A stretch of 64,000 nt of DNA from Eledone cirrhosa (GCA_964016885.1 OZ024740.1:95542001-95606000); one strand, 5' to 3'. Positions 46,819-60,579 are shown, counted from the first letter of the stretch. Notes: a model not told the origin generated them from the letters alone. Program-made: numbers and translations.

Positions 46819-48044
46819 TTTTCTTTTCTTTCGTCACTTGCGAAAGAGAAGGGAGGGAGAGAGACAATCTTCTCTCTGCTGTAGTGATGATTGAGGAAGA
46901 AGAAGACGGAATGAGTGGGAGTGACGTATGAAATTTCTTTTTCATAGCCATGTTGTTTTTTTGTTTAAAATGAAATTTTGGGTACAAAACCCCAATAACT
47001 GGTTATTTAACCCCGAAGGGCCAAATAACGACAGAAAGACCCCTCTCACGAGGAGGAGGGTGTCTTTATCAACAATTTGGTTCAAGTTTTAAACAATTTA
47101 CAATTGTTTTAACGGTTAAAAATTACTATACCTTACAGAGCCGAGCCTCCGTCAACCATGGCATTCAATAATAATAATAATAATAAGGGAAGAAGACGCA
47201 CGAGATGGTAGAACGTCACGAAATTGCTTCCGTAAGTTTTCTGATTTTTAACATATTTAAATCAATTGTGAAAGAACAATTCTTAGCACAAATGTTGCAT
47301 AAAGGCACCGAATGAGGTCCCATAAAGTTTCGGATCCATATTATATTGTTGTATCGCTCAAATATTCAATTTTGTATTATATATTTTGTATTCAAAAAAA
47401 GAAAATGGTTATAAATGGAACAAAACACCCTCTGTCTACACTATATAGAACAGCGGCAATTTCAATTTCACCAACACCAGAAACTTGATACACTACCTAT
47501 CCCATCACACCAGATAACGGCAATTTCACCGGCATCATAATAATAATTACTATTATTATTGTCTCAAATTTAAAAAAATGTTTAATTCAAATTTTACGGG
47601 AATATGTCAACACAAAATATAATGAAAATATATATTAAACATACGAACACAAACTCATAGATACTATATCAGTAACCACAACACCACCGCTGCTACCACC
47701 CCACCACATCCATCATCGCCGCCACCACTCATTCAGTGCTACTGACACTATTCCCCTGTTAACTTGAGAGAGAAAAGGGAAGGTGGCGGTAGCACTAGAC
47801 AAGAGAGAGGCTAGCAAAAGATATAAATATATTGACTTGGTGACCTTGCCACGGCCAAACGTCTACATCAACAATTATGGGACTGCTGGCTCACCCCTTC
47901 CTCACCAACAATATAAAAAGCCCCGGCACCACCACCGACATAGCCAGCAGCAATAACAGCCAACTACAACAAAAAGTATATTATATTATTATAATGCACT
48001 GGGTGATTGCTGGCCTTGTGCCTGGAGTGGAGATAATTATTAAT

Positions 48045-51000
48045 AATTTCATTCTTAAGCCACGCAATGCTCACATTAAGGAACCACTCATGATAATAAC
48101 AATTTAAAAAAAACAACAAAAAGAAAACCCCGTGACCAAGAAATAACGGGATGGCGGCCGGCGGGGAATAGCCATGTCTCTAGGGGAGAACGACCCCTCT
48201 AGTCTTGGTTAACACGCGTTCTAGAAGTGGTAACACGAAATGATTACCCCTTGGCGGATAAGGATAAAACGCGACAAAATAAAGTAAATGTCTAATGATA
48301 AAATCTCATACCGGATCGGCCGTCACCCGGGTAAAAAAGTGCCGCGTCCCTCAGAGAGGAACCAGACTGGGGTCGAAAAATCAGCTAATGGTTCAAACCT
48401 TCCCATCACTTCGGAGCTGGAGACCTCCCGTAACCGGAATACTCCTACTGTTGGCCCTCCATGCTCACCACCAAGAAATCCAAAGAAAAAGAGAGAAAAA
48501 TGGTCAAGGGAAGATAATAAAGAAGTCCTTGAGGCTTTCTACACTGCCATGTAGTACCCATCAAATACATCGAATACAGAACAAACATATATCAACTGGA
48601 AAAAGAAACATCCCGAAAACAGAGGCTATATTGACAGTAACAAACTAGCCAATATACGAAGAAATATTGTAAGAAAAAAGTTACTAACTGATATAGAAAT
48701 TGATCAGATCAAGCTAGTAGCACAAAGTCAGCGAAGGGAAAATGAAGCATGTGTCAGTGAAAACGAGGTAAACTGTAACACTTCGAATCCCAGGGTTGGG
48801 GCGGAATCACTGGCAACAGGACAAATTAAAGAAAGGAGCGAAAAAGTGGAGGGAGTGCATGCTCAGGATGAAACTCCAAATGAAAATAATGAGATCGTAA
48901 ATGATAAAGAAATGAATGAGAATGAACTTGCCAACCTGAAGGATGAAATTATGATCGAATGGATGAAAATGAAAGAATCTGACATGGGGCAACGAGACAC
49001 CCTCCCTAAGATCCAGAACTCCAAACAGAACCAAAAGATAATACACAAGACTAACATAATTCTCAAAAACATTATCATCACAAACAAACTAAACTTAGAA
49101 AATTGAAAAAAAAGTACAGTATAAGATCAACAATGACATAGACATGCTGATAGAAACAATCAAGCAAAAAGTGTCGGCCAAAGCTGCTCGTATAAGGCGC
49201 TTTGAAAAACGATCTAGATTCTATAAGGACAATAATATGTTCAAAAACAACCAAAGAAACTTCTACAGAAAAATTGGTAAGTCAACAATAACTGCTAAAT
49301 CAATACCACCCAAGGAGGAAGTGCAAGAATTCTGGGAAAAGATCTGGGCCGAAGAAAAAGTTCATAACATACATGCCCCATGGATAGACAGACAAATGAA
49401 AGAAACAGCTCACCTTGAAGAACAAACATGGGAAAATATAACAGTTGAACAGCTGCGCTTGGCTCTAAGAAAAACCACCAAATGGAAATCCCCAGGAAAA
49501 GACAAAATACAAAACTTTTGGATAAATGCCTTCACAGAGTCTCATGAGCTGTTAGCCCAACTTTACAATGAAATAGTTAGGAGCCAGAAAAGATACCATC
49601 ATGGCTAGTTAACGGCATTACATTCCTGCTACCGAAGAATGATGAGACAAACAATCCCAAAAATTACAGACCGATAACCTGCTTGACCACAATGTATAAA
49701 ATTTTAACATCAGTCCTAACTAAATACACATATGACCACCTGATAACAAATGACCTATTTCCCATTGAGCAGAAAGGGTGTAAACGAGGCTCATATCGCT
49801 GTAAGGATCAGCTTCTGGTTAACAAAATGATACTGGAAGATTGTCATAAAAGACACAAAAATCTATCGATTGCTTGGATAGATTATAAAAAAGCATTCGA
49901 TAGTTTGCCACACAGTTGGATTGAAAAATGTTTAGAGATTTTCAAAATATCCCCCGTTGTCAGGAGGTTTTTGTCATTCAGTATGAGGACATGGAGAACG
50001 ACACTCCTTTGAATAGTGAAACAAAATCACTGGAAGCTGGAGAAGTTAACATTAATTGTGGAATTTTTCAGGGTGACGCTTTATCACCGCTTTTATTCTG
50101 CATCGCACTTATACCATTAAGTAAAATGCTCAATGAAACAAAACATGGATATAGAGTCTATGACAAAACCATTAATCACCTGTTCTACATGGATGACCTG
50201 AAACTATTTGCAAAAAATGATGAACAATTGCAAGGGCTATTATCCACTGTGAAGCAGTTCAGTGATGACATTAAAATGGAGTTTGGACTGGATAAATGCG
50301 CCAAAGCAACGTTCACCAGAGGGAAGCTGCTGAAGAGTTCAGACATTAATCTTGATCGGGGGAACGTGATAAGAGAGCTTGATCAAGAAAAAACTTACAA
50401 ATATCTAGGTGTTTGTGAAGGAGACGGAATCAAGCACTCGACAATGAGGGAAAGGATAAGGAAGGAATGTTACCGCAGAGTCAGAGCAATCTTAAGAACG
50501 GAATTGAATGCAAGGAATAGGATTGATGCCATAAACACGCTTGCCATACCAGTAGTAACCTACAGTTACAATGTCATCAACTGGTCAAGCACAGAGATCC
50601 GTAGGCTCGATACAAAAATCCGAAAATTCTTAACCATGCACAGAATGCATCACCCTAAGGCAGACATAGATAGAATATATCTCCCTAGGAAAGAAGGAGG
50701 ACGTGGGTTAATCCAGTTAGACATTGCGTTGAAAACTGCAACAATTGGATTATCCACATATCTAAGGGAATCACATGATTGGATGATCAAACTCGTTTTG
50801 AAACACGAAAGCACCAAAAGATCATATTCCATTACAAATGGACTACAAATGGACTACAAGTTTCAGAAGTCCCATTTACTGCTGAAATGGAAAACACAGA
50901 AAAAGCAAAGCAGGTAAAAGTAACTGCAAAGAAAGAACTGCTACAGAAACTGGCTAAGAAATGGCAAGAAAAGCCTCTGTATGGAAAATACCCAGAGCGA

Positions 51001-51887
51001 GCTAACAATCCTGATGTTGACAAAACTTTAACCCATCAGTGGTTGGCATCCTCTGGACTGAAATCGGAGACTGAAGGACTGATTATATCGGCACAAGATC
51101 AGTGTCTGCCAACAAAAAATTACCAAGCCAACATAATAAAAAATGGGTGCAGCCCATTATGCCGTGTATGCAAAAAACAACCAGAGACCATTGACCATAT
51201 AATTTAAATGTGCAGTCCTATAGCTCCAACCGAATACCTAAACAGGCATGACAGAGCTGCACAATACATACATTGGATAATGTGTAAGCATTTTGACCTG
51301 CCCCATCAAAAGAATTGGTGGGAGCATCAACCACCTCCCATACTTGAAAAAGATCACATCTAAATCTTGTGGAACTTTAGCATCTAAACAGACCGAAAAA
51401 TAGATGCAAATAGACCTGATATAATATTGAAGGACTTTCACAGGAGGGTATGCCTGCTCATTAATATGTCTGTTCCAATAGACAAGAATGTATCTATAAA
51501 AACATTTGAAAAATTGAGCAAGTATAAGGACCTGGAGATAGAAATTGGAAAAATGTGGAAATTGAGAACTAAAACAATACCAGTGGTTGTAGGCGCTCTG
51601 GGAATGATACCTAAGGGGTCTAACGACTACTTATCGCAAATCCCAGGAAACCCGCGTATAGGAGAAATACAAAAGATAGTACTAATGGGAACTGCCCATA
51701 TACTAAGGAAGATCCTGTCAATATAAGTACATCACAAGTCTAAACACTAAGGATGCATGTGTGAATATGTATGTTCTTTCTTGAACATGGCGGACCTTGT
51801 TGTCTCTTGAGCTCACTGGTTGTGACTTGGTGATAACTCGTATAAACATAAAGCAAGATAAATGCAAATAATAATAATAATAATAAT
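48045..51887 (+). mobile_element. R4 family A, copy A2: retains 5'UTR and ORF start (48288), probable internal deletion near 49105, TAA tail
   Basis: KREKWSREDNKEVLEAFY N-terminal motif; RT, knuckle and RLE regions closely match A1 and A3. Confidence 0.92.
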
Positions 51888-52905
51888 GATTTCTTTATTA
51901 ACCACAAGGGTTTACATAAAGTAGACATTAAGGACGGTGCAGGACAATACAGGACGGTACAATGGGCATTGCTGGGTGTAATAAACAAAAACAGAGGATG
52001 TAACAAAAAATAACAAGGAAAAATTCCCCAATAGTGGGGAGACTTCGGAGGGACATTTTTGGAGAAAGCCCAGTAAAAGGCCACAATGACCCTGACCACC
52101 AAGGCAAGTGCCCTCTCCCAGTTTTCCAGCTTTAATTTACAGATATATACTCAGAGTAGGCCCATTCACTCGGGCCATTCTTGCTTCTCTCACCCATCTT
52201 TCAACAAAATGCTGTGAAGAGAGCACTTCCCTCTCTCCTCTGATTTTCCTTTTCAAATGAAATTTGAAAAAGTCAATCAGAGCATCACCTAAGAGGTAAG
52301 TGCTCGTCTTCAGCCCTTTCAAACGTGTCCTCCATACTATCTCTTTCGCCATGGCCACCAGACAGATAAAAACTGCCTGCCCATCCCGGCTAAAGGAAGA
52401 GGGCGGGGCAATCTTCACGATGGACTCAGCTGATAGCCGGATCCGTCCTACACGTGACAGCAGGTGTTCGACATAAACCCACAAGTCAGCAATGCTCGGA
52501 CACTGGACGAGTGCGTGCAGGAAGGTTTCGTCGCCCTGTGCGCATCTCGGACATGCCCGGCTGACGGCACCTCCATGCCTGTAGAGTTTATCCCGAACTG
52601 GCAAAACTCCCCGGTAGCACTGCCAGGCCAGGGATTTCTGGAAGTTGTCCATAGGCCCCGGCCCGAAAGTCCTTCCGAAGAGATTGGCTAGTTGATTTTC
52701 GTCGACGCCTAGAGTTTCTCCAAGTACGTGGTCGCTCTTACCCTCCACTAATCCCCTATAGAACGCCTAGGTCGAGTTTCCACCGATCACATTGCCCGAT
52801 TGGTCGAGGGCTGTGAGCGCCAGAAGACATTCCAGTCTCCAAGCGCTCCCTCTCGGTGTTCGCTTGACCCAGGACTGCAGCTCCGTCAAGGAGACGAGCT
52901 GGGGA
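51888..52905 (-). mobile_element. Second Tx1-like copy, 5'-truncated, 3' end at (TTA)n
   Basis: Matches 39104-40116. Confidence 0.92.
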
Positions 52906-53023
52906 ATGGTATACACGACCCCGGCACTATAGTAAAATACACCTTCTCAAGATACCAAGCAATGGTAGACACGACCCCGCTACTATGGTAAAATACACCT
53001 TCTCAAGATACCAAGCAATGGTA
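52905..53023 (+). repeat. 56-bp tandem duplication (~2.1 units) followed by (TAA)n
   Basis: aatggta at 52905, 52961 and 53017. Confidence 0.9.
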
Positions 53024-53055
53024 TAATAATAATAATAATAATAATAATTATAATA

Positions 53056-55177
53056 ATACATCAGTCCTAACTGAATACACATATGACCACCTGATAACAA
53101 ATGACCTATTTCCCATTGAGCAGAATATGTGTAAACGAGGCTCATATGGCTGTAAGGATCAGCTTCTGGTTAACAAAATGATACTGGAAGATTGTCATAA
53201 TAGACACAAAAAGCTATCGATTGCTTGGATAGATTATAAAAAAAGCATTCGATAGTTTGTCACACAGTTGGATTGAAAAATGTTTAGAGATTTTCAAAAT
53301 CTCCCCCGTTGTCAGGAGGTTTTTGTCATTCAGTATGAAGACATGGAGAATGACACTCCTTTTGAATAGTGAAACAAAATCACTGGAAGCTGGAGAAGTT
53401 AATATTAATTGTGGAATTTTTCAGGGTGACTCTTTATCACCGCTTTTATTCTACATCGCACTTATACCATTAAGTACAATGCTCAATGAAACAAAACATG
53501 GATATAGAGTCTATGACAAAACCATTAATCACCTGTTCTACATGGATGACCTGAAACTATTTGCAAAAAATGATGAACAATTGCAAGGGTTATTATCCAC
53601 TGTGAAGCAGTTCAGTGATGACATTAAAATGGAGTTTGGACTGGATAAATGCGCCAAAGCAACGTTCACCAGAGGAAAGCTGCTGAAGAGTTCAGACATT
53701 AATCTTGATCGGGGGAACGTGATAAGAGAGCTTGATCAAGAAAAACTTACAAATATCTAGGTGTTTGTGAAGGAGACGGAATCAAGCACTCGACAATGAG
53801 GGAAAGGATAAGGAAGGAATGTTACCGCAGAGTCAGAGCAATCTTAAGAACGGAATTGAATGCAAGGAATAGGATCGATGCCGTAAACACGCTTGCCATA
53901 CCAGTAGTAACCTACAGTTACAATGTCATCAACTGGTCAAGCACAGAGATCCGTAGGCTCGATACAAAAATCCGAAAATTCTTAACCATGCACAGAATGC
54001 ATCACCCTAAGGCAGACATAGATAGAATATATCTCCCTAGGAAAGAAGGAGGACGTGGGTTAATCCAGTTAGACATTGCGTTGAAAACTGCAACAATTGG
54101 ATTATCCACATATCTAAGGGAATCACATGATTGGATGATCAAACTCGTTTTGAAACACGAAAGCACCAAAAGATCATATTCCATTACAAAAGATGCACAA
54201 AGATACAGTAATGGACTACAAATTTCAGAAGTCCCATTTACTGCTGAAATGGAAAACACAGAAAAAGCAAAGCAGGTAAAAGTAACTGCAAAGAAAGAAC
54301 TGCTACAGAAACTGGCTAAGAAATGGCAAGAAAAGCCTCTGTATGGAAAATACCCAGAGCGAGCTAACAATCCTGATGTTGACAAAACTTTAACCCATCA
54401 GTGGTTGGCATCCTCTGGACTGAAATCGGAGACTGAAGGACTGATTATATCGGCACAAGATCAGTGTCTGCCAACAAAAAATTACCAAGCCAACATAATA
54501 AAAAATGGGTGCAGCCCATTATGCCGTGTATGCAAAAAACAACCAGAGACCATTGACCATATAATTTAAATGTGCAGTCCTATAGCTCCAACCGAATACC
54601 TAAACAGGCATGACAGAGCTGCACAATACATACATTGGATAATGTGTAAGCATTTTGACCTGCCCCATCAAAAGAATTGGTGGGAGCATCAACCACCTCC
54701 CATACTTGAAAAAGATCACATCTAAATCTTGTGGAACTTTAGCATCTAAACAGACCGAAAAATAGATGCAAATAGACCTGATATAATATTGAAGGACTTT
54801 CACAGGAGGGTATGCCTGCTAATTAATATGTCTGTTCCAATAGACAAGAATGTATCTATAAAAACATTTGAAAAATTGAGCAAGTATAAGGACCTGGAGA
54901 TAGAAATTGGAAAAAATGTGGAAATTGAGAACTAAAACAATACCAGTGGTTGTAGGCGCTCTGGGAATGATACCTAAGGGGTCTAACGACTACTTATCGC
55001 AAATCCCAGGAAACCCGCGTATAGGAGAAATACAAAAGATAGTACTAATGGGAACTGCCCATATACTAAGGAAGATCCTGTCAATATAAGTACATCACAA
55101 GTCTAAACACTAAGGATGCATGTGTGAATATGTATGTTCTTTCTTGAACATGGCGGAACTTGTTGTCTCTTGAGGTC
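53056..55177 (+). mobile_element. R4 family A, copy A3 (5'- and 3'-truncated)
   Basis: Nearly identical to 49706-51815. Confidence 0.92.
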
Positions 55178-56189
55178 ATATATATATGCTTGATTCCGTG
55201 TACTTTTGTATATTAATAGAGGTTTGTATGTAAGTGCCCGTTTCCGGTGTGAATGTATAAATGTATTCTGGAAATTATTTCTTCGTACATATTGTAACCT
55301 TTTTATTTTCATGGTAGAGTTTTATCGAAGTGTGGATTAATGTTTTCTTTAATCGCCTTTTTTAACTGTGCCAAGCATAATTTATTTAATTCAAAACCGA
55401 TGAGATACAGTCACTAAATATTTGTGTTATTTTAAACCATTCGATCAGTTATAATATTGTTGAACTAGAAAATTCCATAGGAAAAAATTTGTTATGAAGT
55501 ATTATAATGCATATTTTTTCGTATGAAGCGTATCAGTGAATTTTATTATTTTCATTTTACTCTATACAGTTGTGCCGCACATCCAAATAATTATTGATTT
55601 CATTAATATTTTTTGCAAAATCTTTGATAAGAAATGTTCATGAATACTATTTAATTTGAACCACGTAGAGTGTGCATTTGATTTACTGATATATAATCTT
55701 CTTTGATGTTTATATGGTGGTTGGACTAGATATTTATCAAGCGAATTCTTTGTTTGTTTGAGTAAAAAAATATTGCTAATTGTTAGATTGTTCGGTTGAA
55801 ACACACTTATTCAAAATTTATCCAAGATGAATACACATATCGAATATATAAACTTGTAGTAACGAATAATGATATGTGTCTATAACTTTACGGAACGCGT
55901 TTGTCATTTTATTCTTATGCGTGAAATTGTACGCAAAAGCAATTTCGTTCGTCACGAAATAACAAATCAATCACTGTGTTAATCAACGAACGTGTGACAA
56001 AAGAGCTTTGAGAATAAATAAATAAAAAACATCCGGTTATTGAAAAAATCCAACCGGAAATTTGTAATAAATAGAAGTGAAATATAACAGGTGCATGGGC
56101 TTTTATTGGCAGAATGACATTCCCAAATTATAACAATATATATATACACACAAACACACACACATACACAAACACACACACACGCACAC

Positions 56190-56255
<66 letters not shown>

Positions 56256-56273
56256 ATATACATATATATATAT

Positions 56274-56445
56274 GGAGGCACGTTGCCTAGTGGTAAGGGT
56301 GCTGGATGTATGATCATAACATCGTGGGTTCGCTTCCTAGGCTGCGTGTCGTGTTCTTCAGCAAAGCATTTCATTTCACTGTGCTCCAGTACAGCAATAG
56401 CTAGAAATTTAACCCTGCGATGAACCGGCCGCCTAACCAGGAGCA
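56274..56445 (+). mobile_element. tRNA-derived SINE family 1
   Basis: ttgcctagtggt A box, ggttcgcttcc B box, agcaaagcatttcatttcac, accctgcgatg. Confidence 0.75.
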
Positions 56446-56508
56446 TAAGTTGTAATATATATATATATATATATATATACATACACACACAGACAAATAT
56501 ATATATGT

Positions 56509-56577
<69 letters not shown>

Positions 56578-58549
56578 TATGCATGATTGTATTTTAACTG
56601 CATCTACTCTTAAACATTATATGCATCTATTGTTAAGATATATGCATATGTAGCTGTGTGTATTGTGCTGTGGGATTGCGTTAACATATTTGTGTTAGAG
56701 GGCGTGATATATTAAAAACACAACGGCTTTTGTAATTTCGATTAGGGCTATTTTAATTTGCTTCATTTGTTTGTTTTGACAATGTGTATTTCTAACGATA
56801 TTCGTTCCGGAATGTCACATATAACTAGTTGTGTGATTCTGGATTTGTTTTACTAATGATAAATCATATTCTAAATCGTCTGTGACAGTTTTCATGAAGT
56901 TAACTTTCAAATCAACGTGTTTTAATCTCTGACAATTTCTAAATGTATAACAAAAATGTTCTTCCATAAATATACATATCATAATATAATATTCAGCGTT
57001 ATTTTACAAGATAAATAACAAATTATTATATGTAAGAAATGTATCACAATATAAATGTTATAACTTATGCTATCTAATACCTGATAGCTGATATCGTTGA
57101 AATATGGAATTTGATTCGATACAAGTTTACTTAATACAATTGTAATGTTGATACATCACTAACATTAGTTTGTCTGTTATGTATTCTTAACGTTCTCTAT
57201 ATAAAAACCCAAACCCGTGTTTAAAATCATTTCACTTAGCAACACTTCACATTTAACTGTACATCTTATCAAAAGTGCACTGGTCTTTCACTATAGATGT
57301 AATATTAGGTGTCACAATCAAACTAAATCTTACGCTATACTAAATACCTCCACACAATCCAGATTTATTTATTAAAGCTATATTGATCATTTCATAAAAC
57401 GTTTTCTGCAATAAAATTAACATCATGGATTCAAGAATGGAACACAAAAACTATCATAACTAACAACTCCAGCTTTCTGATTTCCAATCGTATTACGTAT
57501 ACCGCTTACGTTGTGAAAGTAAAACATTAATAATTTGATTTGGTTTAAAATCGTCAAAAAGGTGCCCATTTCGCATTTGTATCTCTTGTTGCAATTAGGC
57601 TATCACTGAAAACGACAAACCTTAATAAAAATAAATTGTTTCAAAATTAGATGTCTTGTAATTTATATTTCCTCTCTTTTTAAAATATATTAATGTATAA
57701 TTGGGAAGCCGTTTAGTTGCTGTGTAAAGCAGATGCGGTGTAAATACATTCTTCGTTGGCTTAATGCTACTTACATTCATAAAAATATATTCTCTCGGTA
57801 GGTGAGGGTTAATATTTATGAGGTGATGTCTCTCTGTGTGTGGTCGTCTATCTATAGGAAATGATATACGTTTTTATGTGCAGGTAAGTGTATCAGCAAT
57901 TATGAACATGTGTATGCGCGTGTATGTACAATTATATACGTGTGTGTGTGTCTGTGTCTGTGTTTGTGCAATTATATACCTGTAGATGTGTGCAAGTACA
58001 CGTATTTGTTCAAGTGTATTAATGAAGGATTGAGTCTCGTAAAATATTAATTCAGAAATATAAAAGATATGGCTGATAGATTAAATTCTTTATATTGTAA
58101 TTGTTAACCAAATACATCTCAAAATCATTCCGGTTCAATTTAGATTTAAATATTTACAAAAATGAATAAAGAAACAGTGAACAAAGAGACAAACAAATAA
58201 GCCCATTGAAATATTATGAATCAAATATAACAATAGAACCACTATTACAATTGAGTGAATACTTATTTATTATATATATGAAATAAATGTGGACAAGTGT
58301 TTCTGCTTGGATACTTACGAAAAGGTTATGACACATCTGATTATAATACTTATTCAAATCAAGCGACAGATCAACCAAGCATTACTCTGAGTAAACAATA
58401 AATAAATATTGAGAAAATAAAATGTATCTGATATTAATTACTTTCAAAACTGTAGAAAATAAAATTAAGTACATTAAAAAGAGATAATGTGTGTTTTTAA
58501 AGGCAAATTGAAAATTATTACTTTGAAGAATCTGAGTTATTATGTAGAT

Positions 58550-58710
58550 CGGCAGTGGATTGGCAGTATCGGTAGAGGGTCGGACCCCATTCGGTGACGC
58601 ATAGAGTTATGGCCCTTGCAATTCTGAGTTCAAATCCTGCCGAGGTTAACTTTGCCTTTCATAAAATAAAGTACCAGTAATACATGTGGCCTTGTGCCAA
58701 TAGTAGAAAC

Positions 58711-58713
<3 letters not shown>
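58550..58713 (+). mobile_element. tRNA-derived SINE family 2 (internally deleted); further remnants at 47995-48040 (+) and 63575-63650 (-)
   Basis: Homologous to 38864-39054. Confidence 0.85.
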
Positions 58714-58796
<83 letters not shown>

Positions 58797-58838
58797 GATT
58801 GTATGTATGTATGTATGTACGTATGTATGTATGTATGT

Positions 58839-59140
58839 ACGATGTGTCAGGTCACCAGTTGGTGCTACTGGTAACATGTATCCCAGTACAACCTGTCTCA
58901 TGGTCGGGTCGTTGGCGACTAAACTGGCAACCCCACCAAGGTTTCTTGGTGAGGAGGGTGAATTTGGACATCCTGCAGGACTAAAAACAAAACCTGTCAA
59001 AGGGCAAAGGAGCTCTTAAGAGCTCTTAAGAGTCAATGGCCATCCAAAATCACCGGGAGAGATGACCCTTTAGGCTTTGTCAAGGCAGAATTCTAGGAGA
59101 AGGAAAACTCTGATATAACACCTGCAACCCTGATGGTACC
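58839..59140 (+). mobile_element. Probable RTE-type LINE 5'UTR fragment
   Basis: aaactggcaacccc and ctaggagaaggaaaactctga motifs resemble RTE 5'UTRs; HDV-like relic at the start. Confidence 0.45.
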
Positions 59141-59645
59141 CATTGATGTTGACTTGTTCTTCTTTTTGGTAAATATCATCCTGGTTAAGAGAGTGGGACT
59201 GGCTTTGTGCAGTGCCTTTGCTCACTATAAAAGCTTCACGGCACAGGCATTGCTTTATATCTGGAGATCTCTGTGCACTTGTCCTCACATGGTTCCATGG
59301 GCCCAGCACTATGTGTCAATAATTGTCACAAGTGTAGTGTTTGTACCAGAGTTTTCAATACGCTGGCTGGACTAAAAAGTCACACTCGTTCAGTGCATCG
59401 GTAGGGGTTCTCCTACATGGATATAAAGTAGTGGCCGTACTCGAAAACGAGTTGGCAGCCATACAAAAGTGAGTTACAAACGAAACGAAATTTAATTTCG
59501 TTTCGTTATTTGTTTTTATCGTCTCCGCTGAACCGGTGCGTACTCACACTGTATGCAAATTAGTCTGCCCACTACTAATTTTCATAGAAAAAGCATATAA
59601 CGATATGTGCTTTTACGATTCTCCAGAAAGGCCGGTAGATAGGTA

Positions 59646-59690
59646 AATATTGCTGATGAGTTGTAACAACAACGAAACTAGTTCAATATT
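59646..59690 (+). ncRNA. Minimal type-I hammerhead ribozyme, unit 1
   Basis: aatattg-CTGATGA-gttgt-aaca-acaac-GAAA-ctag-TT-caatatt; predicted cut after 59683. Confidence 0.9.
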
Positions 59691-60112
59691 CCTTGTCTGG
59701 CTTTCTGGAGAATAGAGGAAAGGTGTTTCCTCGAAAACCAGTATGACTCTAAAAACCGGTTTGTCTGTGTGTTTACATACAGAATAGTTGGGTTACTCAC
59801 AGTAAATTAACCAGTGAAAGACTTGTTACATCTACATATGTATACGTGTGTGTATTCATATGCATACTAGTATTTCAGTATGCATATGTAGATGTACATT
59901 TTTAACTTAATTGTTTAAGCGTCAGTCATACAAAAGTGAGTTACAAACGAAACGAAATTTAATTTCGTTTCGTTATTTGTTTTTATCGTCTCCGCTGAAC
60001 CGGTGCGTACTCACACTCTATGCAAATTAGTCTGCCCACTACTAATTTTCATAGAAAAAGCATATAACGATATGTGCTTTTACGATTCTCCAGAAAGGCC
60101 GGTAGATAGGTA

Positions 60113-60157
60113 AATATTGCTGATGAGTTGTAACAACAACGAAACTAGTTCAATATT
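60113..60157 (+). ncRNA. Minimal type-I hammerhead ribozyme, unit 2
   Basis: Identical to unit 1 motif. Confidence 0.9.
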
Positions 60158-60579
60158 CCTTCTCTGGCTTTCTGGAGAATAGAGGAAAGGTGTTTCCTCG
60201 AAAACCAGTATGACTCTAAAAACCGGTTTGTCTGTGTGTTTACATACAGAATAGCTGGGTTACTCACAGTAAAGTAACCAGTGAAAGACTTGTTACATCT
60301 ACATATGTATACGTGTGTGTATTCATATGCATACTAGTATTTCAGTATGCATATGTAGATGTAATTTTTTAACTTAATTGTTTAAGCGTCAGTCATACAA
60401 AAGTGAGTTACAAACGAAACGAAATTTAATTTCGTTTCGTTATTTGTTTTTATCGTCTCCGCTGAACCGGTGCGTACTCACACTCTATGCAAATTAGTCT
60501 GCCCACTACTAATTTTCATAGAAAAAGCATATAACGATATGTGCTTTTACAATTCTCCAGAGAGGCCGGTAGATAGTTA

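Noticed and set aside
57198-57232. TATA box with Inr-like TCATTT about 31 bp downstream
   Set aside because: Expected by chance in AT-rich DNA; only a 12-codon ORF follows and no supported exon
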